Source: Phaeosaccion multiseriatum (taxonomy: Eukaryota > Protista > Ochrophyta, other classes). Taken from it: a DNA stretch of 64,000 bases. Positions 1 to 13,148 of this stretch are shown here, piece by piece; positions within the stretch are counted from its first letter, which is position 1, and every line of letters starts with the position of its first letter. The position numbers and the translations under genes are program-made. Location: positions 1,674,001 to 1,738,000 of the forward strand of contig OZ218960.1 in assembly GCA_965112735.1 (NCBI GenBank), read 5' to 3'. The notes beneath the pieces were generated by a model. It worked only from the letters and a program-made list of their open reading frames with translations. It was not told where the DNA came from and ran no database searches.

Positions 1-1961
1 GTTCCGCTCGGACTGTTCAGCCGCCTCCTTGGCGGAGAGCCCATCGCCCACACCGTACCAGCCTCCACCAACTCCGTCGCTGAATTCGTCCGCCTCGTCC
101 CCCTCCCTGCTCCCATCGGACACCACCTCCACTTCCACGAATTCAATCTCCTCTATGTCGTCGTCCTCGTCGTCGTCATCCTCCCTCTCGTCGTCCTCCT
201 CTCTCTCCATCTGCCTGTCGTCCTCCACCACCTCCATATCCTCATCCTCCTCCTCCTCCTCCTCCTCCTCCTCCTCCTCCTCCTCGTCGTCGTCGTCGTC
301 ATCGCCGTCCTCCTCTCTCTCGTCCTCTCCCTCCTCGTCTCCCTCCCCTACAGACATGGTGATGTCAGCGTCCTCTACCTCCTCCTCGTCCTTGCTCTCA
401 TCGCTTCCTCCTCCTCCTGTAGCAGCATCGCCAGCAGCAGCATCGGCCGCTGCCGCCACCGCAGCAGCAGCGCTGTTCTTGTCATCACCAACCTTCTTGC
501 TGTAATCAAACATCTCCCCTCTCTCCACCGCAGCCTTTAGATCCGGTAAGAGCGGCCGCGTCTTCCCATCCTTCCTTTTGGGTCCTCCATCCCCACCAAA
601 CCCCATCGCCCTCCGCTTTGCCACAATCTTCTTGGCAAGCTCCCTCCGCTCCTCTATGCTCATGTTCACGAGTTCCTCCTCATCTCCGTACAAGTCGTCG
701 CCCTCTCCTCCTCCATCATCCGCTGCCATCTTCGCCCTCCATCCCGTGCCATTCTGGTCTAACTCGGCCATGCGTGCGTCTATTGCTGCTTGAATGTTGG
801 CCGCCGAGTACTCGCTGTCCTCATCCTCCACCACCTCCTCCTCCTCACCCCCCAAGCTCTCCAAGACAATGTCCGCATAGGCGTCGCCAGCCTTGCTTCC
901 TACTCCCCCTTCCTCCTCCTCCTCGTTCTCCTCACCGGCGACCTTCCTCCCAGGCTTGCCCCTCGCCCCTCCTCTCGCCCCTCCCTTCTTCGGGGGGGTC
1001 AAGTCGCCCTCTAAAATGCTAAAGTCGAAGTCGAAACGGGCGTCTTCCTCGTCTGCGTCGTACACGTCATCGTCGTCCTCGTCGTCGTCATCTGTGTCGT
1101 TGTCTTCGTACGGAGTCCCTGCAGCAGCATTGAGTAGATGGATAGATGGATGGCAGTGGATGGATGGATGGATGGATGGATGAGAAATGGATGGAGGGAC
1201 AGATAGATGGATGGATGGATGGAAAGATGGATGGATGGATGGAAAGGTAGATAGATGGATGGATGGACAGGTGGATGGATGGATAGATGATGGATGGATG
1301 GAAAGGTAGATGGATGGATGGATGGATGGACAGGTGGATGGATGAAAGGTAGATGGACGGATGGATGGAACGATGGATGGATGGACAGGTGGATAGGCAG
1401 ACAAGAGAGAGGAGAGAAATCAGACAACACACGGGTAGACTGAAGGGTACACAAACAAGAGATGAGAGAGAGAAAGATGCACACGCACACACATTGTAGT
1501 TGTGCTTGCCTAGGGCAAAGTACTTGGTTGGTTGGGGTGTGGTAGTGGTGAGTGAGTGAGTGAGTGAGTGAGTGAGTGAGAGAGTGAGTGAGAAAGTGAG
1601 TGAGTGAGTGAGTGAGTGAGTGAGTGAGTGAGTGAGTGAGTGAGTGAGTGAGTGAGAAAGTGAGTGAGAAAGTGAGTGAATGAGTGAGTGGGTGGGTGAA
1701 TGAGTAAGTGACTTGAATGCGTGGGTGTTGGTGTGTGTTGTGTGGTGGTGGTAGTTGTGGTGGTGGTTGTGGTGGTGGTGGTTGGCTGGTGGCTGGTGTT
1801 GGGAGATCAATGCGATGGTAGCAATGCAGATACGGCCCTTTCTTCCTTCCTTCCTTCCTTCTGCAGTGGTTGTGCGTGCAAACTCACAATCCCCAGGGTT
1901 TCTTCTGGCCCCAAGACGAAGACTCATCCGAAGAGAGTCCCTGTTCCTACTGCTCCTACTG

Positions 1962-2004
<43 letters not shown>

Positions 2005-2382
2005 GTGCACCAAAGCCCCTCCTCCTCTTGCTGCCGCTACTGCTGTAGAGTCCTCGTGTAGCCTGAGAGTCAAGGAAGAACGATGGATAGAGAAGAGGAG
2101 AGAGAGCGTTGGTTGTAAGCATCGCTGAGAGCCACACAGCACAAGTGTTGGCCCAAGGCTCCATGCCCCCCACAAAACCCCATGACAGACTGTTTTTTGG
2201 GGAGTAGTGAAAACTCCTCATCTGTGCAGAGAGTAGAGCGCAGAGAGTTGAGCAGCAATTCCAGCGCACACCGCCCTGTGGGTGTTCCCGCTCAATATGA
2301 AAATTCTCTTCAGTGATAGGGTATCGAGGTGCATCCTTCAGCTCCATCAGCACCCTGCACTCGCCGCTGCGCCATTGAGAAG

Positions 2383-2413
<31 letters not shown>

Positions 2414-2753
2414 TACATGAAGCGGCCCAACTACCTCTTCTCTATAGAGAGATCAGATCGTGACACGAGGAAAGACGTGCTGTGCCTTCGAACCCATTCC
2501 AACCCCAGATACCCACATCTGTGCGTCTCACCTGCAGTGCAAAGGGGACGGCGCTGAATCTTCCGTCCCGCCCTCGCTGCTGCTGCCCTGGGGGCTTGCT
2601 ATTGCTGGTGCCCCTGACTTCTATGCGACTTTTCTCCGCCGTTGCTGCTGACGCAAATCGGAGTGCGGAGGGCAAGGGCGGGGCGACAAACCCCGTGACT
2701 CCGCTGCAGCTCAGCAGCAAGCCCGCCATCGACAACATGGCTGGGGAAGACAT
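1..2753 (-). CDS. Uncharacterised acidic (Asp/Glu-rich) protein with a putative plastid bipartite presequence; 3'-partial (runs off the window start)
   Basis: Exons 2753-2532, 2062-1888 and 1118-<1 join in phase at GT-AG sites (...GD-W-TPYEDND...). The N-terminus [26 protein letters not shown] looks like a signal peptide plus an ASAFAP-like motif. The last exon is open to position 1. Confidence 0.7.
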
Positions 2754-3118
2754 CGGGAGGGAAAGACCCACGGGAGCAGCCAGCCTTTGAGGAAGAGGAG
2801 CCCAGATTCAAGGGCACATAAGTCAAGGAAATGACATATTTTCTATTTTTCTCTCTTTCTTTCTCTATCTTCCTTCCTTCCCTCCTTCACTTCAGCAATA
2901 GAACCTAAGTGGTGATAGGGTCAGGGACCTACTCTCAATGATATCCATCAAACTCTCTCTTGATGTACTCATTAAACTTTTGTCCCCCCGGTACTTGGTC
3001 TTTCCCTCCCTTCCCTTCCCGCTCCCTTCCAATGCGGAGACGGAGGAAAGAAAGCGTATTACGCGCATGCGTCACACCCTTCCGATTGTTCCATGGTGCT
3101 CATCACCGTTACTCAGTG

Positions 3119-4801
3119 CTACGTCTCACCAGAGGGGTCCTTCTCTCCCTCTCCCTCTGCCTCCTTCTCCTCCTTGTCCCCCTCCACCTCTCCCCCACCC
3201 CCCACACCAGCCTCCACGTCCACCTCAGCACCACCGCCACCGCTGCCACCACCGCCACCACCACCGCCGCCGCCCCTCCTCATCTCCTCCTCCTTCGCTT
3301 CTATCCTGCTCTGCCTCTTCTCCTCCCTTGCCATTAGTTCCTCCTTCCTCTGCGCCTTGAGCTTATCGGCCGCCTCCTTCCTCTTCATGGCCTCTCCCAT
3401 CGTCTCCTCGTCTGTCGGCAACGGCCGGCCTCCCGGATGCTCCCCTAACAGAGTCTCAAAGATGAAGTGCGCTTCCGCCCCAAGGCCCTTCTTGTCCATA
3501 TCTCTGATGAAGGTGTAACGTCGCTTTCGCATCTCTACGAGCAGTCGCACGAAGCGTTTCGTGTGGACGTTGCTTCTGCGTTGGAAAATCTGTTTCAAAG
3601 CAAAGCAAGAAAAGAAGGCCAACAAGGCAAAACGCAAACAAACAAGCATGCAAGCAGCAACGCAGAGGAAGGGGTGGAGGGAAGGGGTGTTATATCAACG
3701 CGTGGTTTGTCATTGGCAGCAGTGCTCACCCCCTCCTCCTCCTCCTCCTCCTCCTCCTCCTCCTCCCTCCTCCTCCCCCCACCCCCTCCTCCTCCTCCTC
3801 CTCCCTCCTCCTCCTGCTCCTCCTCCCTCCTCCTCCTCCTCCTCCTCCTCCTCCTCCTCCTCCTCCTCCTCCTCCTCCTCACCTTTCTATCGTAGCCAAT
3901 CTCGCGCATGCGCTTCTTCCATCTCTTGCCCTCCTCCTTGACACTCTCTAACCGAGCCTCCATTTGAGACTGCAGAGAAAGCCATTGGCAAGAGAGTGGC
4001 ACACAAAGAGAGAGAGAGAGAAGAGACAGGGAGAGATACAAACAAAGAGAGGGAGACGAGAGAGAAGGGGGCGGAGGGCGAGAGAAAGAGACGGAGAGTG
4101 AGACACACACACGCAAGAGAGGAAAAACAAGATAGAGAGAGAAAGGAGAAGGAAGAGACGCACAGAGACACACACGGAGAGAGGAGAGGGAGAGAGATAG
4201 AGTTGTCATCCCCCTCCTCCTCCTCCTCCTCCTCCTCCTCCTCCCTCCTCCTTCCCTTCCTCCTCCTCCTCCCCCCCCCCCCCCCACCCTTCCTCCTCCT
4301 TATCTTCCTCTCCCCATCTTGCTGCTCCTCCTTCTCTCCTCCTGCCACTACTTGTTGCTCCTCCTGCCACGATTACAGTGAGTGCCAGACAGTCACAGAC
4401 AGTGCCATACAGTGCCATCCATGGACTTACAGGGTTCGTGGCATCCCTCTGAAAGCGTTGCCACTCGAAGCGCTCCTGCGAGCGGCCGAAGCGCTCGTTT
4501 TGCTTGGCCATTTCGTCCTGAGCCTGAGGAGAGAGAGACAGAGAGAGGAAGCGAGAGGGGGAGAGGTGGGGGGAGAGGGAGAGGGGAATGAATGGGAGAG
4601 AGAGATACGAGAAAAGCAAAGCACAAAGCAAAGCACACGGATGGATGGCAAGGAAGCTGCATGCATACGCGCTCTCACCCTCACCCTCACCTTCGCCCTC
4701 ACCCCCACCCTCACCTTCACCCTCACCTTCACCCTCACCTTCACCTTCACTCACACCCCCACCCTCACCTTCACCCTCACTCACATCCCCACCCTCACCC
4801 T

Positions 4802-4849
<48 letters not shown>

Positions 4850-6103
4850 TCTCACCTTTTGGAACATGTCCACACCGATCTCGTAGCGAGACATGTCGCC
4901 CATGTCGTCCAAGTACTCCTCCTCCTCCTCCTCCTCTCCCTCTTCGTCCTCCTCTGAATCGAAGTGGCTTTCGTCCGGCTCTGTGCCTCGAATCATGTTA
5001 GGGAAGAGCTCCTCTCGAGCCTTGTCCAAGCAGCGGAACATTAGGTCGTCCAGAGGGAACTGGAGGAGGAGGAGGAGGAGGAGGAGGAGGAGGAGGAAGG
5101 AGGAAGGCGAGGGGGGTCAGGGGTAGGGGATGGGGTCCGGGGAGCGGATGCTCTTTCCTATCATCTCGGCGGGTTCTATTTTCACTCTCGACGGGTTCTA
5201 TTTCGCATGTCGTATCGTACCGTGGTGGGGAGGTGTGCCTCAAACTTGTTCCTGGCGAAGACTCTGTAGAGGTTCTCGGGCAGGTTCAGCATGGCGTCGT
5301 TGTCGAGAGGGTAGAAAGAGTTATCCTCGCTTTCGTCCAGGGTGAAGCTGGTGGGAGGGTTGTGGGGCGTGTGAGGGGGGGACGAAGGGGGGGGGGAGGG
5401 ATGGACAGAAGAAGAGGGAGAGGAAGGGACACAGACAGATGGGGACAGAGAGGGAAGATATAGAGAGGAAGGGAGAGAGAGACAGAGAGACAGGAACAGA
5501 GGGAGAGGAAGGAGAGAGAGACAGAGAGAGAGGAGGGAGAGAGAGGGACAGTGAGAGAGGAGGGCGAGGGTGAAGGGACAGTGAGAGGAGGGAGAGAGAG
5601 ACAGGGACAGAGAAAGAGAGAGACACGTCGGTATGAGTGGGGCCGGCTTATTAGGAGAGAAAGACGGGGAGAACATGAGAAGAGGGGAAACAGAGAGAGG
5701 TAAGACCAGGGAGGAGATGCCTGACGACAGTCACACACGCACGCTCCACCCACACATACACACCCACACACCCACACACACCCATTCACTCACCTACACA
5801 TACACACACCCACACACCACCATATACACACACACTCACTCACCCACCCACCCACACAGGCACACTCACACTCACCCATCCACCCACAAACACACCCACA
5901 CCCACACACCCACACACGCACTCCCACACACACGCTCACCCACACACACTCTCACCCACACACACACACACACTCATCCAAACACACACCGACACAGCCA
6001 CACACACTCACCCAGCCAGCCACCCACACACACACACACACACGCACGCATCCATCCACCCACAAAAACACACCCACCCACCCACACACACACGCACACA
6101 TGC

Positions 6104-6143
<40 letters not shown>

Positions 6144-9100
6144 CCACTCACTCACTCACCCCAGCTTTCCCCTTGCATCGTAGGCGCTCTCAAAGTCCTC
6201 GTCAAGCACAGGATCCTTCGCCGCCCTCTCCTCTCCGTCCTCCCCAAGCCTCGACAGCCGCGCCTCCTCCTCCTCCTGGGCTTTCCTCCACGCAGGCGTG
6301 ATCCTGTCGGGTCTGTATTATTTTTATTTTGGTTTTTTATTGTTTGTGGTTGTGGGTGGAGGGGGAGAGAGAAGGGATGGGGCAGAGGGGGCAGAGAGGG
6401 GGGAGAAGGAGAGAGAGTTGGCGAGGTAGACGAGGGAGAAGGAGTGAGCAAGCAGTGAGCAAGCATATCGGCAAGCAAGCAGTGAGCAAGCATATGGGCA
6501 AGCAGTGAGCAAGCCGAACGCACAAGAGATGCGACCTCTTGCTGTGGTATTGCCCGCCGTATGCCTGCCCATATGCCTGCCTGCCTGTCCATATGCCTGC
6601 TTACTTCTTGCTGTGGTATACCACTTCGTCCTCGGTGACATTGCCTGCCCACGCAGCCACGGTTTCCCAGTCATCGTGCTCCCCAGGGTCCACATCAGCA
6701 TCGATTTGCCCAATCCTGAGGGATAGAGGAAAGGACAGGAAGGATTGGAAAGGAGAGGAGAGCAGGAGGCAGGAGGGCGGCAGATAGAGACAAAAGAGAC
6801 GGGCCAAGTGTGTCAAGTAACGGGGGAGGGCAAAGCAAAGCAAAGCGAAGCAACGCGAAAGAGTGGGAGAATGGGCCCTTACTACCTCAGTGTACCCACC
6901 GCATAAGACCCACTTCCAACCTTCCAACCTTCCAACCTCGCCCCCTCTCACACCCCCTGTCACTCACCTGGCCTGCAGCCACCGCTCGTGCTTCTTCCTG
7001 AGCTCCACCTTGTCCTCTTCGAGCTCTCTCTCTGCCGTTTCCACTTCCTTCTCCAGCACAACGGGGTCGATGGCCGTGTCAACCAACCATGTGTTCTGGG
7101 GGTTGTGGAAGAGCGAAAAGAGGGAGGGAGGGAGGGAGGGAGGGACGGAGGGAGGGAGGGAGAGGAGGGAAGGGAGGGAGAGTGAGCGAAATACCATCCA
7201 CTGCCATCCACCCCATCCCCTGCCATCCACTGCCATCCTATCCTATCTCCGCCCATCGCGCCAACTCAACTCACGAGCGCCTCTCTGCCACTCCCATCCA
7301 CTGCCATCCCACTCCATTCCCTCCAATCTCATCCCACCCTGTCCACCGCCATCCACTGCCGTCCCATCCCCTCCCCCACTCACCAGCGCCTCTTTCTCCG
7401 ACGCGCTCCACTCCTCCAAGCGCGGCTTAGCTTCCACCTTTAGAGGAGGGTCAGGCGCAACATCAGAGGGTATGGGTCATATGGTCAGAAGGTCAGGGTG
7501 AGAGGGTGAGAGGGTGAGAGTGGCGGATCCAGCCTCAAAGGAGAGAGAGTGAGAGAGTGAGAGTGTGAGAGAGGACCTGGGGCAGAGTGCAGAGCCATGA
7601 GGTGTGACAGAATCAATCAATCACCTACCTTCAGCCTCCACGCCTCCAGCTCCTCCTCGAAGGTTGCTGTCTCCTTCCCATCCCTGTGCTGCCTCCTTAC
7701 AAGCACGGACGCTCCCTTGCTCAAGTCCGTATCAGTCTCCGGAAAGAGAGCAATTCTCAGGCGGACGAGCTCGGCCATGACCTTTCCAAAGAAGAGCAGA
7801 GGAGGAGGAGGAGGAGGAGGAGGAGGAGGAGGAGGAGGAGGAGGAGGAGGAGGAGGATGTGGGGTGGTGGAGTACGCCAGTGAATAAGTTACCGTTTCGT
7901 AGGGCAGGGAGTGCACGAGGAGTGTGAAAGAAGGGGGGCATGAGGATCAAGGCAATGAAAGAGTGTGTCAATGACGTGGAGGGAGGGTACGATGAAGGCC
8001 AAGGCAATGAAAGAGTGTGTCAATGACTTGGAGGGAGGGTACCATGAAGGCCATGACTGACTGACCTTTTCGTAACTGCCGTCATCGATGGCCTTCATGT
8101 TGAGCTCCATCTGGCGGGATATCTTCATAATGTCTGTTTGGTTCAAGAGAGAGCGAAGGGGGGGGAGGGTTGGAGAAGGAGAGAGGGAGAGGAGGAGAGA
8201 ATGGCAGAGAAAATGCAGAAAAGAGATGAGAGAGATGTGCTGTTGTTTGCGTTTTGTTTAGATTTAACGTTTCGTCTGGAGTAAAAATGGAGTCGCTCAG
8301 CCTCGCTCACTCACTCACTCAGATAGAGAGTGCTGATGTTGCTGTTGCTACTCTCTCTCCCTCTCCCTCTCTCTCTTTCTCTCTCCCCCCTCACCTCTCT
8401 TTCTCACATATCCACACAGACGCGCACACACCCACCCACCCACACCCACACCCACACATACACGCACCCACACCCACCCACACACACACACACCATCGTA
8501 CCTCTAAGGATGAAGTCCTCAAGCGCGAACCTCGCTGGGGACTCCCACCGCTGCCAGTCAAGTGTATCAAGTGCCTTCTTCCACTTCATCATGCTCATGT
8601 ACACACTTCGTTGGGCAAGGAAGGAGGGCCGAGCGTCGAGCAGGGAAGAGGCCTCATCTGCAAGCTTCTTCGCAGCACTGAGACGCTCCTCTCGCTCGAC
8701 TGCCATTTGCTGCATCACCTCGCTGCAAGGGGGGGTGGATGGGTGGTGAGAAGGGGGTGAGAAGGGGAGGGGTTTCCCACCCTCAATATGACCAGACAAC
8801 AACAAGCCTCAGCTGAAACGGTTGCCTGCTCTCCCTCTCCCTCTACTCTTCTCCTCCATGCCAGGCCATTTCTAACTCCCTCACTTTCTCCCCCCCACCT
8901 CCCTTTCCTTCCCTCTCCCCCTACCTATAAGCTGACTCCTCTGTCTTGCCCTGCTGCATGAGCGCCAGCTGTCTCTGAGCGAAGATGAAGCCGAGCTTGG
9001 AGAGGCCGTCTTGGCCGAGAAAGATGGGCTCGTGCATGACCTGGGGGTTACGCCCTTCGAAGATGCGCGCCAGTCTGTAGTGAGTAAGGAAGGGGTGTAG

Positions 9101-9877
9101 TCGGTGTAGCGAGGCGTGTGGAGGGAATGGGGCCCCAGTCGGAGGGGAGGGACGAGGAGGAAGGAGGAGGAAGGAGAGGACAAGAGGAATGGAGCAGGTG
9201 GATAGAGTGGGTGGATAGGATAGATGGATGGATGGGTGGATGGAGGGAGGGAGACATACAGGCGCACGCACAAGGAGAGGTTGAGGAGAGAGCGCAGGGG
9301 AGAAGAAACTATGAGGGGGTGGGCCTTCCGATGAGATGTGGCATGAGAGAGCCACGTGGGTGCACAGAGAATACAGAGCGAAGCAAGTTGCGGGGTGGAA
9401 CGGTGCGGTGTGTGTGGTGCCCGCTCAACACCGCTCGATGGTAGGAGGGAGAGAACGCCAAGGATGGGAAAGAAAAATAGGAGCCCGAAGAGGGGCCATG
9501 AAAGGCAGCGAGAGGCAGATGAAGTTGAGAAATGGGCAAAGCTGGGTATTACGGGGAGGTGGTGGGGAGAGAGAAGAGAGAAGGAGCACCACAAACAAAC
9601 AACCAACTTGTTTCCAAGCCAGCCACGAGTCTAAAATCCACTCAGGCAACAAGGCCAACAGAAGGGAAGGCGGCTTGCTCCCCTCCCTCGGGCCGTCAAC
9701 GCACCTATCAGTGGGGTACTTGAGCCGTGGAACCTTCTTGTTGAGCGCATAGAAGTCGGGAGGGAAGCGCTTGGCTGACTCGAGCCAGATGGGCTCATTG
9801 ACAATGCCACACTTGAGCAGAGGCAGCGTGCGATCCAGCACATTGTAAAAGCGCCAGGCGCTGCTCTTCCGCCCCAT
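3119..9877 (-). CDS. Mitochondrial small-subunit ribosomal protein mS23 (Rsm25/MRPS23)-like N-terminal domain plus a long C-terminal extension, 727 aa, 14 exons
   Basis: Exons 9877-9705, 9074-8925, 8722-8502, 8133-8066, 7781-7629, 7437-7384, 7095-6968, 6715-6605, 6303-6160, 5347-5221, 5059-4856, 4523-4431, 3969-3883, 3589-3119. All are GT-AG, phases are compatible, and the total is 2184 nt ending in TAG. Motifs EPIWLESAKRFPP...PRLKYPTDRL...QRQLALMQQGKTEESAY match the mS23 pattern from memory. Confidence 0.7.
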
Positions 9878-10084
9878 CTCCTTTACCCTCTCTTGACGTG
9901 ATCCCCAACCCCAGGAGAGGTTTTGCAACAAACCCGCCTTCCCTCGCAAACACACAAACACAAAAGGAAGTGCACATGGGCTGCCATCTCTTTTTCCGTC
10001 CATCTCATATTCACATTCTCATTTTTTTCGAAGCCTTCTCCTTCTTCTGTTTTTGGGTTTTATCCCGCTCCATGGGATATCTCC

Positions 10085-11732
10085 ATGGTTCCCTACATGA
10101 CTGCGGCTCCTGCTGCCACCGCTGCAGCTGGTGGTCGAGAGCTCAAGAGGCTGTGCCTGGGAAAGAGCACGTCAGCGCCTTGCCATGGCAATCCAGCAGA
10201 GGAGTCTGTTCCGTGCGGGGGAAAACGGGTTGGTTATCTAACAGAAGACTTTGTGGTGGACACGGTGATGCACATCCTGGGTGAGGGCCACCACATCTTC
10301 GTCGCCACCGTGTGTAAATCGTGGAATGAGAGATGCAAAGCCCTATTTCCCGCACCCAAGACGCTCATCCGGAATGTGGTCGCGACAAATGAGTGCTTGC
10401 TCTGGGCTATCCAGCACGGTGCCTACCAGCTCAGTGTGACCACCTTCAACGTGGCGGCTGAGTTTGGGGAGGTTAGCATCCTGGAGACTCTGTACGGTAT
10501 GGGCTGCCCCTGGGAGGAAGAGGTGTGTGTTATTCTGCTATCTCTCGCTCTCTCGCTGTTCTGCCGTGTTGCAGGCAGTGGGTGGTGTAGAAGACGGTAC
10601 ATGAGGGGTACATGAGGGGAAGGGGTGGGGGAAGCCCACCATGAAGCCCCTTCACCCTTAATCCCATCCCTACTCGCCTGCTGCTTTGCCCTCCCTCCCT
10701 CCCTCGCTCCCCTCCCTGAAGTCACCTTCCCCTCCCCTCCCCTCGTCCCTCCCTCCCTCTTTCCCTCCCTCCCTCTAATCCATCTTGTCCCTCCCTGCCT
10801 CCACCCCAACCCCCCTCTATCCATCCCTCCACCCCCCCCTCAGGCGAGCCTGGCAGCCCTCGACAACCAACGCCACGGCCTGAGCATCCTCAAGTTCCTG
10901 CGGGCCCTCAAGCACCCATGGCACCCCCTGATCTGCAATGAAGCGGCCTGGCGAGGCGGGGACGTGGCCATGCTCTGTTACCTGCTCTCGGAGGAGGCGG
11001 ACGCGCCCTTGCATGAGGATCTGTTCCGCACAGCGGTGAGTGTGTGTTGGGAGAGTTGGGAAGACGTCTCACTTGGCCATGACACACATGAAGTGCCGTC
11101 CTTTAGCGTAATGACACACATGTGGTGCCGTCCTTTAGCGTAACGCACTGTTGAGCGCGCTTGTTAGACCACAAAGACTTTGTATTGAGTGTATTTGGAC
11201 GTGCCTAGAGATACCGCCCGAGAGGTTTAGGTGTGGCGCCTTGGGGCCAGCATATGCTCTCATCCTAACGGATGCATGTGTGATTGTCTTGGTGCTTCAT
11301 TGAACAAACTCATAAAAACAACAGGTGAGCGTGGGGCGTATCAACGTTCTGGAGGTGCTGCTTCACCACCCCCGGGTCCGGCGAGAAATGGAGGCCGCGC
11401 CCGAGTACAGTATGTGGAGGAATGGAGCAGCACGGGCAGCCCGAGTCGGAAATCTGGAGGTGCTCAAGTGGCTCCACGCTAACGCCTCAACCTTGTGCGA
11501 TTGGTCAGCATGGACATGTCAGTGTGCTGTAGAGTTCGCCAAGCGGTTGGATGTGCTTCAATGGCTGAGAAGCGAGGAGGTCATGTGCGAGTGGGACGGG
11601 TTCGCGTGCCCGCAAGTCGCGAGGGACGAGGGGAGTATACTGTGGGGGATGGATGGGGGCGATCAACAAGCCTTTGATGCGATTAAGCAGTGGGTGCACG
11701 CCAATGGACACCCCTGTGACTGCAAGGACTGA
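10085..11732 (+). CDS. F-box-like plus ankyrin-repeat protein (GCPW / WL..NGC-type repeats), 345 aa, 3 exons
   Basis: Exons 10085-10522, 10844-11035, 11325-11732 (1038 nt). Motifs: FVATVCKSW, AAEFGEVSILETLYGMGCPW, AARVGNLEVLKWLHAN, LDVLQWLRSEEVMCEW. Confidence 0.8.
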
Positions 11733-12719
11733 CTGACTGAGAGAGACTGAGAAGGACTAAGAGAAGACCGAGAGGACTGAGGACCGAGCCAAGCAGCGGA
11801 GTGACATGAGAGCGACAGCAGGCACAAGTCGGCGTTTGTGAGCAAGGCCGTCTCTCTGTCTCTCTGTCTCTCTCTGTGTGTGTGCCTCTGGTGAAGCAAG
11901 CTTCGCTTCCTGGAGGGAAAGTGCTTGGGGGAGCTCGACGACGGTCCATGTCAGGCAGCAGCAGAGGCAGGAGGGCATCATTCTAGTCCTTTTGTGGGGC
12001 GATTCTTGCTTGGAACAAGTGTCACCAGTGTCACCACACAGCCGCTGTCCCCCTCAGCCTGTCAGAGGAGTCAAGGTAAAGGGGTGCCTCTATTGTGCCT
12101 GTCTTGGCTCTGGGCCGCTGTGGAAGCGGAGCCGAGTGGGACGGGAAAGGGCGCTGGAGGGAGTATGTGGAGGGAGAGGAAAGAAGAGATTCTTCTTGCC
12201 TTCCGCCTTCCCCCGGGGGGGGGGGGAGGGTAGGGTTTCACAGATAGGAGCTTTGTGAGACGTATTGGGCGTACAGCCATTCACATTTTTGCAGATTTTT
12301 ACACGGGTCTTTTTTTTGTTTTTTTTGAACGGGGTGAGGGAGGGTGAGGGAGTGATCAGTGAATTAAGGGAGAGGGGGGGGTATCTGTGACACACGAACA
12401 CACAGAGGGAGCAAGAGGAGCTCGAGTGAGTCGATAGAGAGGAAAGGTGGTGATGGAACAAACCGAGAGAGAGTGATACAATAGAGTCATGGAGGAATGG
12501 GTAGGAACGGCATCAGAGTGCGATAAGTCAGATAGAGTTGTGTTAACAAAAGAAGAACGATAGAAAGAAGAAAGAGTAAGGAAGTCAGATGATAGAATTT
12601 AAAACAGAACATAACCGATTTTTTTTTTATATGTCAACTTCGAAGCCCTCGTAAACCTTTCTGGCCCTCTCCAGCTCTCGAAGGGAGAGAGAGAGGAACT
12701 TGGAAGAACCAACAAGGTC

Positions 12720-12870
12720 TGGGGGCCTGACAAGGTCCCGAGGCGACCCAGGCCACCTGGAACCTGGCCCTCATTATCCCGCAACCTGGAACCTGGCCGG
12801 CCACAACCTGGATCCTCCCAAGACTGTGAACCTGTGAACCTGGGTCACTCAGAAGCTTGTCAGGGGCCGA
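12720..12870. mobile_element. MITE-like short element with imperfect TIRs (GGCCTGACAAG ... CTTGTCAGGGGCCGA)
   Basis: Inverted ends at 12724-12734 and 12856-12870. Segment 12849-12870 matches 36301-36322 at 21/22 nt. Internal ACCTGG/GAACCTG repeats. Confidence 0.5.
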
Positions 12871-13148
12871 ACGGTCGACGGTCGGCAGAAAGGGGAAAGG
12901 AAGTGTGAGTGTAAGTTTGATGGCCTTATGTTTATGTGGATCGGGGGGAATAGGCCCATTCTTATCGTGTGACAAAAATGGTCATCCAATTTCCTTTTTC
13001 GGGAAAAAAAGGAAATCGCCTACGCGGATTAGTGGGGGAGTAGGATGGACTCCCCCCCGCGTTGGAACCTCGATAGGTCCCCGGCGCCTTACGTCTCTGA
13101 GGACTGCGCTGGGGCGGGCTCCAATTTCGTTGCTAAAAAAGTACCTCC

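Noticed and set aside
1011-6301. Many long ORFs rich in HPSI, THSL, PPSL, REGG, VCLS etc. here and throughout the window
   Set aside because: Translations of intronic microsatellites or antisense frames of real exons.
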